In this document: positions 1-9,647 of the stretch, piece after piece
Layout: every line of letters starts with the position of its first letter
How positions within the stretch are numbered: the stretch's first letter is position 1
Source: an uncultured virus (IMG/VR IMGVR_UViG_3300027771_000010)
Taxonomy: Duplodnaviria; Heunggongvirae; Uroviricota; Caudoviricetes
DNA: 64,000 bases
Virus record (IMG/VR): IMGVR_UViG_3300027771_000010
Direction: 5' to 3' (one strand)
Made by a program: the position numbers and the translations under genes
Notes under the pieces: generated by a model
What the model saw: the letters and a program-made list of their open reading frames with translations, nothing else
The model's database searches: none
Told to the model about the DNA's origin: nothing

Positions 1-90
1 CTATAAGGGAATCACCTAGCGGTTTTATATACAAAAAAATTACGCACAGTATTTTTTACGAGTTTACACTATAGGGATATAAATACATAC

Positions 91-501
91 ATGAGAACAA
101 CACACCTATTTGGACACACATGCAATCATGACTTAATTGATCCACACGGGCATAGTTTTAAAACCCTAGACTTTACTAACCCAGACAAGCATGCTTATAC
201 ATATCATCCCTTTACGGATCTAGGTCACGAAAGCTATTGGATGTGTTGTGATGACTTTAAAGTTAATCTACGGCGAGTTGAATACGCACCTTGGCAAAGT
301 ATAATGAATGCTCCGGACTCATTAGAACGTGCTACTACGCTGTGGAACATACTACTAGACTTTGATTGGGATCAGATACCCATAGAGGCACGACTCACTC
401 CAAGGTTCCAGTATTGTAGAGTATGGTATCCGCGATTGTTTAGTAAGTTGTATAGTCTAGAAGCGTATAGAGAAGCGTTAAGTTTACTTCGTACTCGATG
501 A
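91..501 (+). CDS. Hypothetical protein (136 aa), probably leaderless late gene
   Basis: ORF track; TATAAATA (78-85) lies exactly 5 nt before the ATG; no recognisable motif. Confidence 0.6.
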   Translation: MRTTHLFGHTCNHDLIDPHGHSFKTLDFTNPDKHAYTYHPFTDLGHESYWMCCDDFKVNLRRVEYAPWQSIMNAPDSLERATTLWNILLDFDWDQIPIEARLTPRFQYCRVWYPRLFSKLYSLEAYREALSLLRTR

Positions 502-691
502 TTTTATACACTGTATGTAGTCTTTTAAGAACCCTTTAACACCTTTATTGGACTATATCCAGTGCCTTGTTAGTTCGGGTGTACACTAGCTGTATATTTA
601 ATATACTCTGTGAATAAAGGGTTATAAAAAATTTTAAACTGAGCTTCGCTGGTTCTAGGGTTGGTACACTAGCAAATCAATATTCCCAACC

Positions 692-1156
692 TCAATCGTA
701 TCCTAGGTTTGCCACAGCACTAACGTCTCCGGGTATCTCATCAGCACACAAGCCCCATGCATTTACACTGTCCATGTCTTGTATAGCACCTTCAAAGTCT
801 AGCCATATGCTTCTGTTGTGTTCTAGGTTGATGCCAGGATAGCACCAAATGAATCCCTTGCTGGTTAGAGTTACTGTATCTTCTTGATGCCAGAACGTGT
901 GTACACCTGCAGTTAGCAATGTGCCCAGTGTTTCTATATCCTTAGCATGACAAAACCAATTCACTTGCATCAACATATCTATGTCTGCAGGCTCTTGTGG
1001 CTCGTTGTGTCCTAGGTATAGCTGTCCAGCTACAGTTTGTACATCAACTTCTACTGCACCCACAGCTCTGTATGCGGCTGTTAGGTAGTCAACATGGTTC
1101 TCTAGGTCGGGTTTAGCTCCATAACAGTTGCCTCGGTGTGCTATAAACTGTGTCAT
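692..1156 (-). CDS. Glycerophosphodiester phosphodiesterase (GDPD/PLC-like) fold protein
   Basis: N-terminal FIAHRGN, LEN, VEVDV, LGH and HAK motifs typical of GDPD-like TIM barrels; ATGA overlap with the upstream HAD gene. Confidence 0.75.
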   Translation of the reverse strand: MTQFIAHRGNCYGAKPDLENHVDYLTAAYRAVGAVEVDVQTVAGQLYLGHNEPQEPADIDMLMQVNWFCHAKDIETLGTLLTAGVHTFWHQEDTVTLTSKGFIWCYPGINLEHNRSIWLDFEGAIQDMDSVNAWGLCADEIPGDVSAVANLGYD

Positions 1157-1770
1157 AACAACAACTCCAAGCGTAAGCGTGTGTCTGTACTGTTCTTTAC
1201 AGCATGCACATGGCTTACTCCACTGCTGGTTGCGGCACGTATACCCACTGGACTGTCTTCATACACTGTTGTACTGGCTGGATCTGCATTTAATATGTTC
1301 ATTACAGTTGTAAACATGTGTGGATTAGGCTTGCGTAAGCTCTGTGGAACGAACTCTGCAGTATAAACCACAGTAAAACATGTTAGTTTCATGGCCTGTA
1401 GCACACTGTATACGAACTTACTACGTGCATTTGATGCTATAGCCAGCGTATACCGTTCACTTACACGTTGTAATACGTCAGGTAATAGTGGATCCCAACT
1501 TAATTCTTCCATGTTAGCATTGGTATGCTGTTGTTTCTGGTCGTATATCAGTTGTTTATTCAGTGGTTTGATACTATAGTCAGCTAGTTTGTTAAGCATA
1601 TCCACCTTTGTTAGTGTACTTAGGCCTTCTAATTGTTCTTTTAGTGCTTCAGTTAATCGGAATTCACTGTGTTGTTGCTGTACTGCCCACTCAAAACTGG
1701 TGTGATGCAGCTGTTTTGCATCTACTATTGTGCCATCCAAGTCTAGTATTATGGTTTGTCTAGGTGCCAT
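1153..1770 (-). CDS. HAD-superfamily phosphatase (beta-PGM-like)
   Basis: Motif I DLDGT, motif II ASN, motif III KPNP, motif IV YEDS..G. Confidence 0.9.
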   Translation of the reverse strand: MAPRQTIILDLDGTIVDAKQLHHTSFEWAVQQQHSEFRLTEALKEQLEGLSTLTKVDMLNKLADYSIKPLNKQLIYDQKQQHTNANMEELSWDPLLPDVLQRVSERYTLAIASNARSKFVYSVLQAMKLTCFTVVYTAEFVPQSLRKPNPHMFTTVMNILNADPASTTVYEDSPVGIRAATSSGVSHVHAVKNSTDTRLRLELLL

Positions 1771-2458
1771 CTTGGTTATATCTCTCTAAATCTACCGGAG
1801 TTCCTATTGGAATGTAGTTGTTTAAGTACACTGGCCGTATCTTTTCACCGCTTTTGACTGCGGCATTGTACAATGGAGCCAGATAAAACTCATTTAAAAC
1901 ATGTAAATCGTTATCTTTGTAGTAGTTATACGCATCTATAAACACATTACCAGTTCGCCAATAGTAGTGTCCACTGTTTCTATACTCACTAATAGGTTGT
2001 TTTTCAGCTACAGCTACTATATAACCCTGATGATCTATACTGCTATAGCTTGATTTAGTATCCCATTCGCTAACATGCTGTACGAATATAGCATTAGCAT
2101 CAGCTTCAAACGTATTAATGTCGTGTTCCCAATCTAATATAGTATCACAATCTATAATTAACCATGGTTCGTGTTTGTATTCGTTGTTGTTTATAACATG
2201 GAACGCACTAGTAGCGGCTCCATTAGTGAAATGATCTATGGTATGTAGTTGTGCATGTTCTACATAGCGTTGTGGATTGTAGATATCTATGTGTTCTTGT
2301 TGAAACAATATATGATATCTAGCATCTGGTAACCCTACACTTTCATAACTACGCTGGAACATTGGCATACCGTCTACTTGAATGAATGGTTTATGTACGC
2401 TCGTATGGTCGCTGAACCTAGATCCTTTGCCTGCAGCCAATTGTAGTATGTTTATCAT
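1760..2458 (-). CDS. Sugar-phosphate nucleotidyltransferase (NTP_transferase family)
   Basis: LAAGKGSRF...KPFI signature, DCD, VAEKQ, GHYYW, EFY, IGTP.DL. Confidence 0.9.
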   Translation of the reverse strand: MINILQLAAGKGSRFSDHTSVHKPFIQVDGMPMFQRSYESVGLPDARYHILFQQEHIDIYNPQRYVEHAQLHTIDHFTNGAATSAFHVINNNEYKHEPWLIIDCDTILDWEHDINTFEADANAIFVQHVSEWDTKSSYSSIDHQGYIVAVAEKQPISEYRNSGHYYWRTGNVFIDAYNYYKDNDLHVLNEFYLAPLYNAAVKSGEKIRPVYLNNYIPIGTPVDLERYNQDGT

Positions 2459-2781
2459 TTGTATTCTATTTTATCCTCTGCGCCTACACTGGGTGTCTTG
2501 ACGCATACTATAGTTGTGGGTTCTAAAAATTCCACATTGCATATCTCGTCTGGGCCATATATAAATATATCATTCGGTCCTAGTACTTCTCCATTCGCAA
2601 TCATGCTTCCACTTATTATAACGTTATACTCTGTAGCTGTCAACTGGTAATGTGGAACTACTAGTTCGCCTCTAGCGTGATGTTTGATACCCAGCTCGAA
2701 CTCTTCTGTTTTAATTAGTGCAGGATCAAAGTTACCAAAGATCCATCCGCCCGTAAAGTTTTTTAAGTTATTTGTTTGCAT
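2455..2781 (-). CDS. Small cupin-fold protein (108 aa; start moved to MQTNNL)
   Basis: GGWIFGNF..EPHY..ATEYN..ISG..GPNDIF..VCVKTPS cupin pattern; ATG at 2781 lies 5 nt after TATAAATA (2787-2794, minus strand). Confidence 0.75.
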   Translation of the reverse strand: MQTNNLKNFTGGWIFGNFDPALIKTEEFELGIKHHARGELVVPHYQLTATEYNVIISGSMIANGEVLGPNDIFIYGPDEICNVEFLEPTTIVCVKTPSVGAEDKIEYK

Positions 2782-2839
2782 AGTACTATTTATATTCATT
2801 ATTAGATAAATATATGTATAAACCAAAGGAGACAGTACC

Positions 2840-3127
2840 ATGGCAATAACAAAAGTATATACATTTACAAATGATGACGGTGTTCAATACACTGACGTAG
2901 CAGACTGGCTAGCCGCTTACAATCCACCTCAAATAGGTGAGGGTTTCGCAGTTGACGCACCAGTAGGCATTACTTGGGTTTACGCATTAGCGTCAGCTAC
3001 AAGTGTTACAAGAACAATGACATTCGCAGACCAAGCAACATTTGATGCATGGAATGGCGATGGGGTGACACCAGTTGGTACACCATTTACATTTAATAAT
3101 GTAACTAAAGCCGCACCAGCGGAATAA
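2840..3127 (+). CDS. Small late protein (95 aa), possible virion component
   Basis: GATAAATA (2805-2812) plus AAGGAG RBS; T/A/G-rich. Confidence 0.7.
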   Translation: MAITKVYTFTNDDGVQYTDVADWLAAYNPPQIGEGFAVDAPVGITWVYALASATSVTRTMTFADQATFDAWNGDGVTPVGTPFTFNNVTKAAPAE

Positions 3128-3142
3128 TAAGGAGAGCATAGA

Positions 3143-3475
3143 ATGGCACAAACACAAACTATTACTATCGCCGGTGTTAAAGGTAACTTTGCTCATGCAA
3201 ACGGACCATTCATGGCAATAGCAGAAATTATGACAGCTTCATTTCCAGGTAAGGAAGTGCAGTCAAGCATGACGTATATTGGAGAAGCAATAACAGCTGG
3301 CACAGTTACACGTGTTGAATCGTTTAATAACACAACTAAGATTTATAAAATTATTAGAACTTGGACTGACGCAGGTTGGACTACGTATGATGATCATAAA
3401 GTTAACACAGCCGCAGTTACTGCCGCTATTGAAACTGCAGGTTACACAGTTACTAACCAAAACATCAGCGGTTAA
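3143..3475 (+). CDS. Small late protein (110 aa), possible virion component
   Basis: AAGGAG RBS; T/A-rich; tandem with 2840-3127. Confidence 0.7.
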   Translation: MAQTQTITIAGVKGNFAHANGPFMAIAEIMTASFPGKEVQSSMTYIGEAITAGTVTRVESFNNTTKIYKIIRTWTDAGWTTYDDHKVNTAAVTAAIETAGYTVTNQNISG

Positions 3476-4405
3476 TTAATAACCACCTTCGTTTAACTTA
3501 ACGTGTTCAAAGAATGGCGCCACTCGAAAGTCTGGCGTCAGTCTACCCCTTCTGAAACTGTTTGGACTTGGAATTTGTTCTAGGTTATCAGTATCCCAAT
3601 TAGCGATCTTAATCCATATACCACTTCTGTTTAGAGGCTTGCCCTCTGCATTTGGATCTAATGGAAACATAAAACTATCTGGTTCTACATCTAGAGTATC
3701 TATGATTGGTTTGTTTCTCCAGTGCTGTAAGTAGTCCCAACTAACTCCCATTTGATCAACACACAGTTGCATTAAGTCTTCCAACTTAACATTACCTTCT
3801 GCATCATTCATATAGCGTCCTAGTTGACCTACGTTCTTAATACGTACTATAGCGTTAACTACACCTTTAGCTTTTAATAAGTTTAATAAACGGCCTGGAG
3901 CTTCTTCGTTTAATCCCTTAACAACTATAGTTCCTGTTTGTAATAATATCTTGTTAGCTATTATAGCATCTAATGCCAACAGCTTCTTTGTAGCACATTC
4001 CATTTCGTCTATTGCTAGATACCAATCATCTCTGTCTACTCCATTAAGGCTTAGGTACATATGATTACATCCGTGTGCTTTAAGTTTTTCAGCATAGCCT
4101 TTACGTGCTAACCTCAAACCATTTGTTAATAGTATCTGTCTATGCCCCATGTCTTTAATACGTTGACATATCTCTGGCAAGTCATTACGCATAGTAGGCT
4201 CTGCACCTATAATACGAATACTAGTTCTAGCTGGAAACCTACTAATAGCATCCAGCATCTTTTCTTTGTCTAGGTCTGGAACATCTCTATTAGGTATGTA
4301 ACAGTTCTTACACATCATGTTACATCGATGCGTGACATCTATGATTACATCATGAAAGTGATTGTCTTCTGGTTCTAGTTCATAGTAGTTCATATTATCA
4401 TTCAT
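3476..4405 (-). CDS. Radical SAM protein (MoaA-like)
   Basis: CNMMCKNC (CxxxCxxC), GAEPT, LLTNG, YLSLNG. Confidence 0.9.
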   Translation of the reverse strand: MNDNMNYYELEPEDNHFHDVIIDVTHRCNMMCKNCYIPNRDVPDLDKEKMLDAISRFPARTSIRIIGAEPTMRNDLPEICQRIKDMGHRQILLTNGLRLARKGYAEKLKAHGCNHMYLSLNGVDRDDWYLAIDEMECATKKLLALDAIIANKILLQTGTIVVKGLNEEAPGRLLNLLKAKGVVNAIVRIKNVGQLGRYMNDAEGNVKLEDLMQLCVDQMGVSWDYLQHWRNKPIIDTLDVEPDSFMFPLDPNAEGKPLNRSGIWIKIANWDTDNLEQIPSPNSFRRGRLTPDFRVAPFFEHVKLNEGGY

Positions 4406-4435
4406 AACAGTATTTATGTAAGACTAAATACTTGT

Positions 4436-4933
4436 ATGAGAAGAGACTTAAAACAACTCGCACACAAACGTAGACACTATCCAACACACAAATTACTAGG
4501 AACTATATCAGTTAATGAACCAGAAACCTTTAATGGAGACCTGCACCTTACACTAGATAACAGAACTAGACATGGGTTAGACTTTGAATATGCTAAACTA
4601 AGCAAGTATAATCAAGCTAGTATAGCTGAAGACCAAGAATGGATTGACAGTTTAACTAGCATTACTGGCGAAGTTAATAGATTAAGATGGAGTAAGTTGT
4701 GTGCTGAAGAGACATTAGACTGGCATATTGACCCAGCTGACTGGGATAGATTTGTAATTAGTGTTAATGTTAGTAGCATATGTGAACTAAAAACACACAA
4801 AGAACTAATTAGTTTCACTATGAACCCAGGCGAAGTTTGGTATTTAAACAGTTGTTGGTCGCATAGAGTGGTAAACAATAACCCAGTTGAACGTATTGCA
4901 CTACTGGGTAACTTTACCCTCCATGATGTTTAA
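4436..4933 (+). CDS. 2OG-Fe(II) oxygenase, aspartyl/asparaginyl beta-hydroxylase-like
   Basis: HxD (WHID), GEVWYLN, HRVVN and distal R (ERIAL). Confidence 0.8.
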   Translation: MRRDLKQLAHKRRHYPTHKLLGTISVNEPETFNGDLHLTLDNRTRHGLDFEYAKLSKYNQASIAEDQEWIDSLTSITGEVNRLRWSKLCAEETLDWHIDPADWDRFVISVNVSSICELKTHKELISFTMNPGEVWYLNSCWSHRVVNNNPVERIALLGNFTLHDV

Positions 4934-6113
4934 GGGTTTCTTCTAAACTAAGTTCCTCAAACACTTCATCTATTTCAGTATTAGGATGATCCGCATTTAG
5001 AAACGCAAACATACTATATGATTTTGTACTTACTACAGGTGCATATACATCTGTGTACTTAACCATAACATGTTTGATGTTGTCCTTGGCTCCATGTAGG
5101 TATACAAACCTGCCATGTTCTGTTCTTTCATTTTCATCACCCAGCTTAAATAAGAACTGTGTCTTGTGTGGAAGTCTATCTAGTAAATCACTGTTTGGAT
5201 CTATTACATCCATTGCACCCCACTTGCCACCTAACGTTGCAGTTCCATTTAGTTCCATTAGTTTTTTGCTTCTATGGTTAGTTGGATCAAATATAGTAGC
5301 AGTTGTGTATAGTCCATCAGCACGACCAGGGTAGTGACTAGCTGTAGCAATACAGAATGGTGAACCTAGACATTGGCCAAAGTATATAACCCTCTTTGTT
5401 TTAGGTAAGTACTTCTTAATTAATTCAAATTGCTTCTCTGCTACTGCCTTTGGATCGTTTTCAAATCCAAACTGAAAGGCCTGAGTAGATGGAGTTCGCC
5501 AACTAAGTATATTACAATTAGCTTTACGCCAAGTAAGCACGTATGGGTTATACCAATCTGCATAGCTTGATATATCAAACCACCAACCTGCGTCAGTATG
5601 ATTAATAATAGTTGTTTCACTCATGCTATCTGATATAGCCCAATTGTCTTTGTGTGCAGTAATGTATTTAGGTGCTGGCTTCTGCATCCACGTTTGTACA
5701 TGTTCTTCAGTATACCATTTCTTATAACTAGTGCGTTCGTGTAGAACATAGTCTAGACTAAGCAAGTCGCCTTGTATAATCCACATCTCATCATTAGTGT
5801 TATCTAATTTACGAAGTATAAGTTCGTCTTGTGCTAGTACTAATACAGTTGTGTAACATCTTGCACGTTGTATTATACCGTCTGCTGTTTCCCATAATGT
5901 ACCTTTGAAAGGACTTGTTATAATTATTATACAGTCCTCTTTAGGAAACACTACTAAATCTTTTATTGCAATGTCGGCCTTCTCAGTTAACAACACACGC
6001 TTAATCATTGTGCTAGGTGTTGGTGGTAGTATATCTGAATCTTTTTGTATAGCTTGGAATCTATATTCCCAAAAGGCAAATTCGTTTTTGTATTTAAAAT
6101 CAATTAGTTTCAT
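4914..6113 (-). CDS. Hypothetical protein with C-terminal alpha/beta-hydrolase-like region
   Basis: VIYFGQCLGS resembles a nucleophile elbow (GxCxG). Confidence 0.5.
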   Translation of the reverse strand: MKLIDFKYKNEFAFWEYRFQAIQKDSDILPPTPSTMIKRVLLTEKADIAIKDLVVFPKEDCIIIITSPFKGTLWETADGIIQRARCYTTVLVLAQDELILRKLDNTNDEMWIIQGDLLSLDYVLHERTSYKKWYTEEHVQTWMQKPAPKYITAHKDNWAISDSMSETTIINHTDAGWWFDISSYADWYNPYVLTWRKANCNILSWRTPSTQAFQFGFENDPKAVAEKQFELIKKYLPKTKRVIYFGQCLGSPFCIATASHYPGRADGLYTTATIFDPTNHRSKKLMELNGTATLGGKWGAMDVIDPNSDLLDRLPHKTQFLFKLGDENERTEHGRFVYLHGAKDNIKHVMVKYTDVYAPVVSTKSYSMFAFLNADHPNTEIDEVFEELSLEETLKHHGG

Positions 6114-6988
6114 AGTTCTACTTGTACTAGTGGGTCATTCATTATAATGTCGTGCCACTGTTTCATTGTTAATTTTTCTAAACAATGTGCATACACAGGT
6201 TGTTGACAATAAGAATGTATAGGATCTTTCCATCCTACATAGTCTTGTAAATTATTATCTTTAACAAATGAAGATAATTGCTTATCAAGTATTTTCCTAT
6301 CCTCTGCTTCACTATGAGTGAACCTGTTTGGTGTGGCGTCTAATATTGTCTCTGTACTTATACTTAGTTGTGGTCTCAGGTTACAATTTTTAACTACTTC
6401 TACATCGTTGTCAATTGCAGCATGCCAAAGGGTCTTTCCAATTGTAGCATACCCAACATGTAATGTTACTTCTTTTCTCATAGCTACGGTTGAGTGGCTA
6501 AATAATTTTCTTAATTCAGCGTTTATAATTACTCTATCTTTAATATTAAAGTCTCCGATCTGAAACACGCTGTATGCTATTACATTTTTTTTAAATAATA
6601 CGTTCTCAAGTTCATGTACTAATACATTAACATCATTAAACAAATGTCCTACTGCATGGTCTTTGCTTTTAATTTTAGTTGCCATATGATCAGCTTGAGC
6701 TTTTTCTTCTACTATATGAAAGTCTTCATGACAACGATTCAATGTGTCTCTAGTCATCTCTTCTGGTATCACTGGCATCTTGTATCCTAGCTTAACTAAT
6801 GCAGCCACCGCTGTTCTAAGTTTAGCTTCAACAGTTACTGAATCAGTAAAAGTATTAAAGCTAGTATGTCCTTGTCTAATATGCTTTTTAGAACCTTGTA
6901 TAAGAGTATACATTATCTTGCCTATATTATTATCTACAAATTCAAAAGTTATTTTTCTTCCTGAAGTAGTTATAAGATTCATTTTCAT
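6110..6988 (-). CDS. Hypothetical phage protein (292 aa)
   Basis: ORF coupled by ATGA overlaps on both sides; LNRCHEDF...VHELE His/Glu-rich helices. Confidence 0.7.
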   Translation of the reverse strand: MKMNLITTSGRKITFEFVDNNIGKIMYTLIQGSKKHIRQGHTSFNTFTDSVTVEAKLRTAVAALVKLGYKMPVIPEEMTRDTLNRCHEDFHIVEEKAQADHMATKIKSKDHAVGHLFNDVNVLVHELENVLFKKNVIAYSVFQIGDFNIKDRVIINAELRKLFSHSTVAMRKEVTLHVGYATIGKTLWHAAIDNDVEVVKNCNLRPQLSISTETILDATPNRFTHSEAEDRKILDKQLSSFVKDNNLQDYVGWKDPIHSYCQQPVYAHCLEKLTMKQWHDIIMNDPLVQVEL

Positions 6989-8664
6989 TTTGGTGGCCTT
7001 GCCAACTCCTTTTCTATATTAAGTCCTGCCTTTGTAGTTAAAGGTACAAGCCTTGCTTTTTGTTTCCGTTTGTAGTCCTCGTAATGTCCGTCATGACTGT
7101 CCATGTTTTCAAGCTCTGCTTCTTCGGCTTTGCATATCTTATAGAAGTCTGCGTACTCTGGAAATGTCTCATGGAAGTTCTTTCCACGTCTCTTATCGTA
7201 TTCGTCTATGAACTGAGCAAACCTTGCTCTCTTTAATTTTAATTTAGGATCTTCATGTAGTCCTGTTTCTCTGTTTGCACGTTTGATATGTAATATGCAA
7301 TCAACAATGTTACGTCTTAGCTTACTACATTCGTGTGCTTCAAACTTATTACTTAGATACCAGTCGTGTGTTCCCATGTTACTATACATGAAGTCTCCGG
7401 CTGGTACAAGAAACTTGTTAAGCAACTCTACATCAATAAGACATGGGTCTAAGAATTGTGGCCATCTAACATAAGGTACGTCAATGCCTACACGGTTGTG
7501 TGTTCTTGTGTTTTCTTCTCCACGTACTGTATAGTTATCGTGACTGGGCAGTGCTCTATCCACTCCTTCGTCTTCTAACCATTTAAAGAATCCATGATAA
7601 CTGTACTTTGTTTTAAGTAACAGTACCCATTCTAATAAATCTTTAAAGCTAGTAATACTTAATATATTAAATGCACACATGAATACTACACGTGTGTTGC
7701 TAGTGTTGTCTAAGAAGTAATGTATGTTCTTAACAAACGTTTTCCAATCCATACCATCACGTATGTAATCGCATCTGTCGCCTGTAGCTTCAGCACTTGT
7801 GTATAGCTCAAACTTCTTAACACAGTTGTTGTCTGTTAGTACTTTAATCTTAGCACAGAATTTCTTCCAAGCACCTGGGCTTGTTGGACATGCATTGCTA
7901 TTAATAGCAAATTCTAATTTAGGGTTAGGGTTAGCAATAAGGAAGTCAATGACTTTGAATGTATCTTTTATTAGTAACGGCTCACCGCCTGTAATACGAA
8001 ACGTATGCATATGTTTATATGCTTCTGGAAACCAATTCCAAAATGCTTCAATGTATGGATTGTGATCTCTAGCTAGTATATGTGTTTCGTTATCTACTAT
8101 GCTATTAAATGGTTGTCCTAAATTCATTATAGGACCTTGCTTTTTTATTTCTTGTTCCCACTTACTACTAAACGGAGGACCACAATAAGCACAAGCAAAG
8201 TTGCACGTACGACCAAATGATACTTCTACGTAAGTAGGAAATACAAACTCGTCTCCTTTGAGAGATGATATCTTGTCGTGATGTTCAAAACTAAACGATT
8301 CCAAACTTTTAAATACACGATCACTTACACCACCGTTGTCTTCTATGCGCCAACAGAAGTCACACTCAGTAGGACGTTTGCCTGCAAGCATTTCTTTCCG
8401 CTTCATCATTTTAAAAATTGTATTGTGTAATGAACCAGCGTCTTCGGTTAGTTCTTTTAATGGGATTGTATGTGCGTGTGGATGGTGACAGCTATGTGTT
8501 AGTCCGTTACCCAAGTGCATAGTTACTTGTGTCCACTTAGCTAAACAGAAACCAGGGCCAGTACTGTTGAGTAATGATAGCATGTTCTGTTGATTGGAAT
8601 CCGACATTGTAATTGATTCATTCGGATCGCGGTCCCACTCAAAGTCAGCTAACTTTTTGCTCAT
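6985..8664 (-). CDS. Radical SAM protein with N-terminal twitch/SPASM-like Cys cluster
   Basis: CLAKW..SCHH..CDFCW plus CNFACAYC, TGGEPLL, NSN. Confidence 0.9.
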   Translation of the reverse strand: MSKKLADFEWDRDPNESITMSDSNQQNMLSLLNSTGPGFCLAKWTQVTMHLGNGLTHSCHHPHAHTIPLKELTEDAGSLHNTIFKMMKRKEMLAGKRPTECDFCWRIEDNGGVSDRVFKSLESFSFEHHDKISSLKGDEFVFPTYVEVSFGRTCNFACAYCGPPFSSKWEQEIKKQGPIMNLGQPFNSIVDNETHILARDHNPYIEAFWNWFPEAYKHMHTFRITGGEPLLIKDTFKVIDFLIANPNPKLEFAINSNACPTSPGAWKKFCAKIKVLTDNNCVKKFELYTSAEATGDRCDYIRDGMDWKTFVKNIHYFLDNTSNTRVVFMCAFNILSITSFKDLLEWVLLLKTKYSYHGFFKWLEDEGVDRALPSHDNYTVRGEENTRTHNRVGIDVPYVRWPQFLDPCLIDVELLNKFLVPAGDFMYSNMGTHDWYLSNKFEAHECSKLRRNIVDCILHIKRANRETGLHEDPKLKLKRARFAQFIDEYDKRRGKNFHETFPEYADFYKICKAEEAELENMDSHDGHYEDYKRKQKARLVPLTTKAGLNIEKELARPPK

Positions 8665-9647
8665 TCAAGAGTGTCCTCAACTTGCTCTTCTTTAATTTGT
8701 GCGCCAAGTCTACTTGGGTTAATGTATACTTCTTTAAAGAAGCGTGAACCTTCAACTCCCATGTCTGCTATTTCTAACTCTAATTTAGAACGCAACAAGT
8801 ATCCAAGCCTGTCGCTTTCGTCTTGTAATGTTTTATAGTTCCATTTCATTCCAGTACGTGGACATAGTTGATCACTGTCAGCTTCAAAGTCTGGTAGTAC
8901 ATGTTCTTCAAAATACTTAGTTAACCAATCAAAGTCTCTAACGTTTCTCCAGTCCCATGACTCTCTATCAATGTTTGTCATATAGCATCCTAGACGTGCG
9001 CCGTAAATTGCCCACAGTCCGTTCTCACAATCATCACCAACACTCATCCATGTAAGTAAACGTTTGTAATTTTTATTGTGTACCATTTCTTTAAGGTTCA
9101 TAGGATCTACAATGTCTCCATCTACTAATCCCATCTTAACACCTTCTCGGAAACCTGCTCTCCATGCTTGTAATGGACTAGCGTTATTCATTACATCACA
9201 GTATATGTTATTCATTTGTACATAGTTAATGTTCCAACAGAAGTCTACTTGAGCTCGCTTGTCACCCTTGGGTGCATTCTCATGTGTTTGCATTCCGTAT
9301 ACAACATCCTTAGGCCAACATTTAATCCCACCGTTGCCGTAAACAAGTCCATTGATTGTATTCTTGCCCGCCCAACTAACAACATCAGTTGCACGGATCT
9401 TATCCATATCAATTTCTACTCCAAAGAAATCTTCTCTTACAATATTATCTGCGTCTATTGTAATAAATCTATCTGTCTCTGCTAAGTCTGCTGCCGCTTT
9501 GTGTGCCGCATCACTTCCAAATACTCCGTGGCTACGCTTGGCCCAAGGTGCTTTGTTTATTAAATCGTTGTAGTTCTCATCAGCGTTTGGTTCATCATAG
9601 CTGATAAAAACAATATCAAACTCATTAATGCTAGTCATCTTTGTCAT
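8661..9647 (-). CDS. GT-A-fold glycosyltransferase-like protein
   Basis: IVFISYDEPNA start, DAD (DxD) motif, YGNGG. Confidence 0.7.
   Translation of the reverse strand: MTKMTSINEFDIVFISYDEPNADENYNDLINKAPWAKRSHGVFGSDAAHKAAADLAETDRFITIDADNIVREDFFGVEIDMDKIRATDVVSWAGKNTINGLVYGNGGIKCWPKDVVYGMQTHENAPKGDKRAQVDFCWNINYVQMNNIYCDVMNNASPLQAWRAGFREGVKMGLVDGDIVDPMNLKEMVHNKNYKRLLTWMSVGDDCENGLWAIYGARLGCYMTNIDRESWDWRNVRDFDWLTKYFEEHVLPDFEADSDQLCPRTGMKWNYKTLQDESDRLGYLLRSKLELEIADMGVEGSRFFKEVYINPSRLGAQIKEEQVEDTLE

Noticed and set aside
502..691. Repeated GTACACTAGC (581-590, 664-673) and seemingly frequent CTAG in the first 2 kb
   Set aside because: Only two copies, and CTAG is common elsewhere in the window; cannot be assessed without counting statistics
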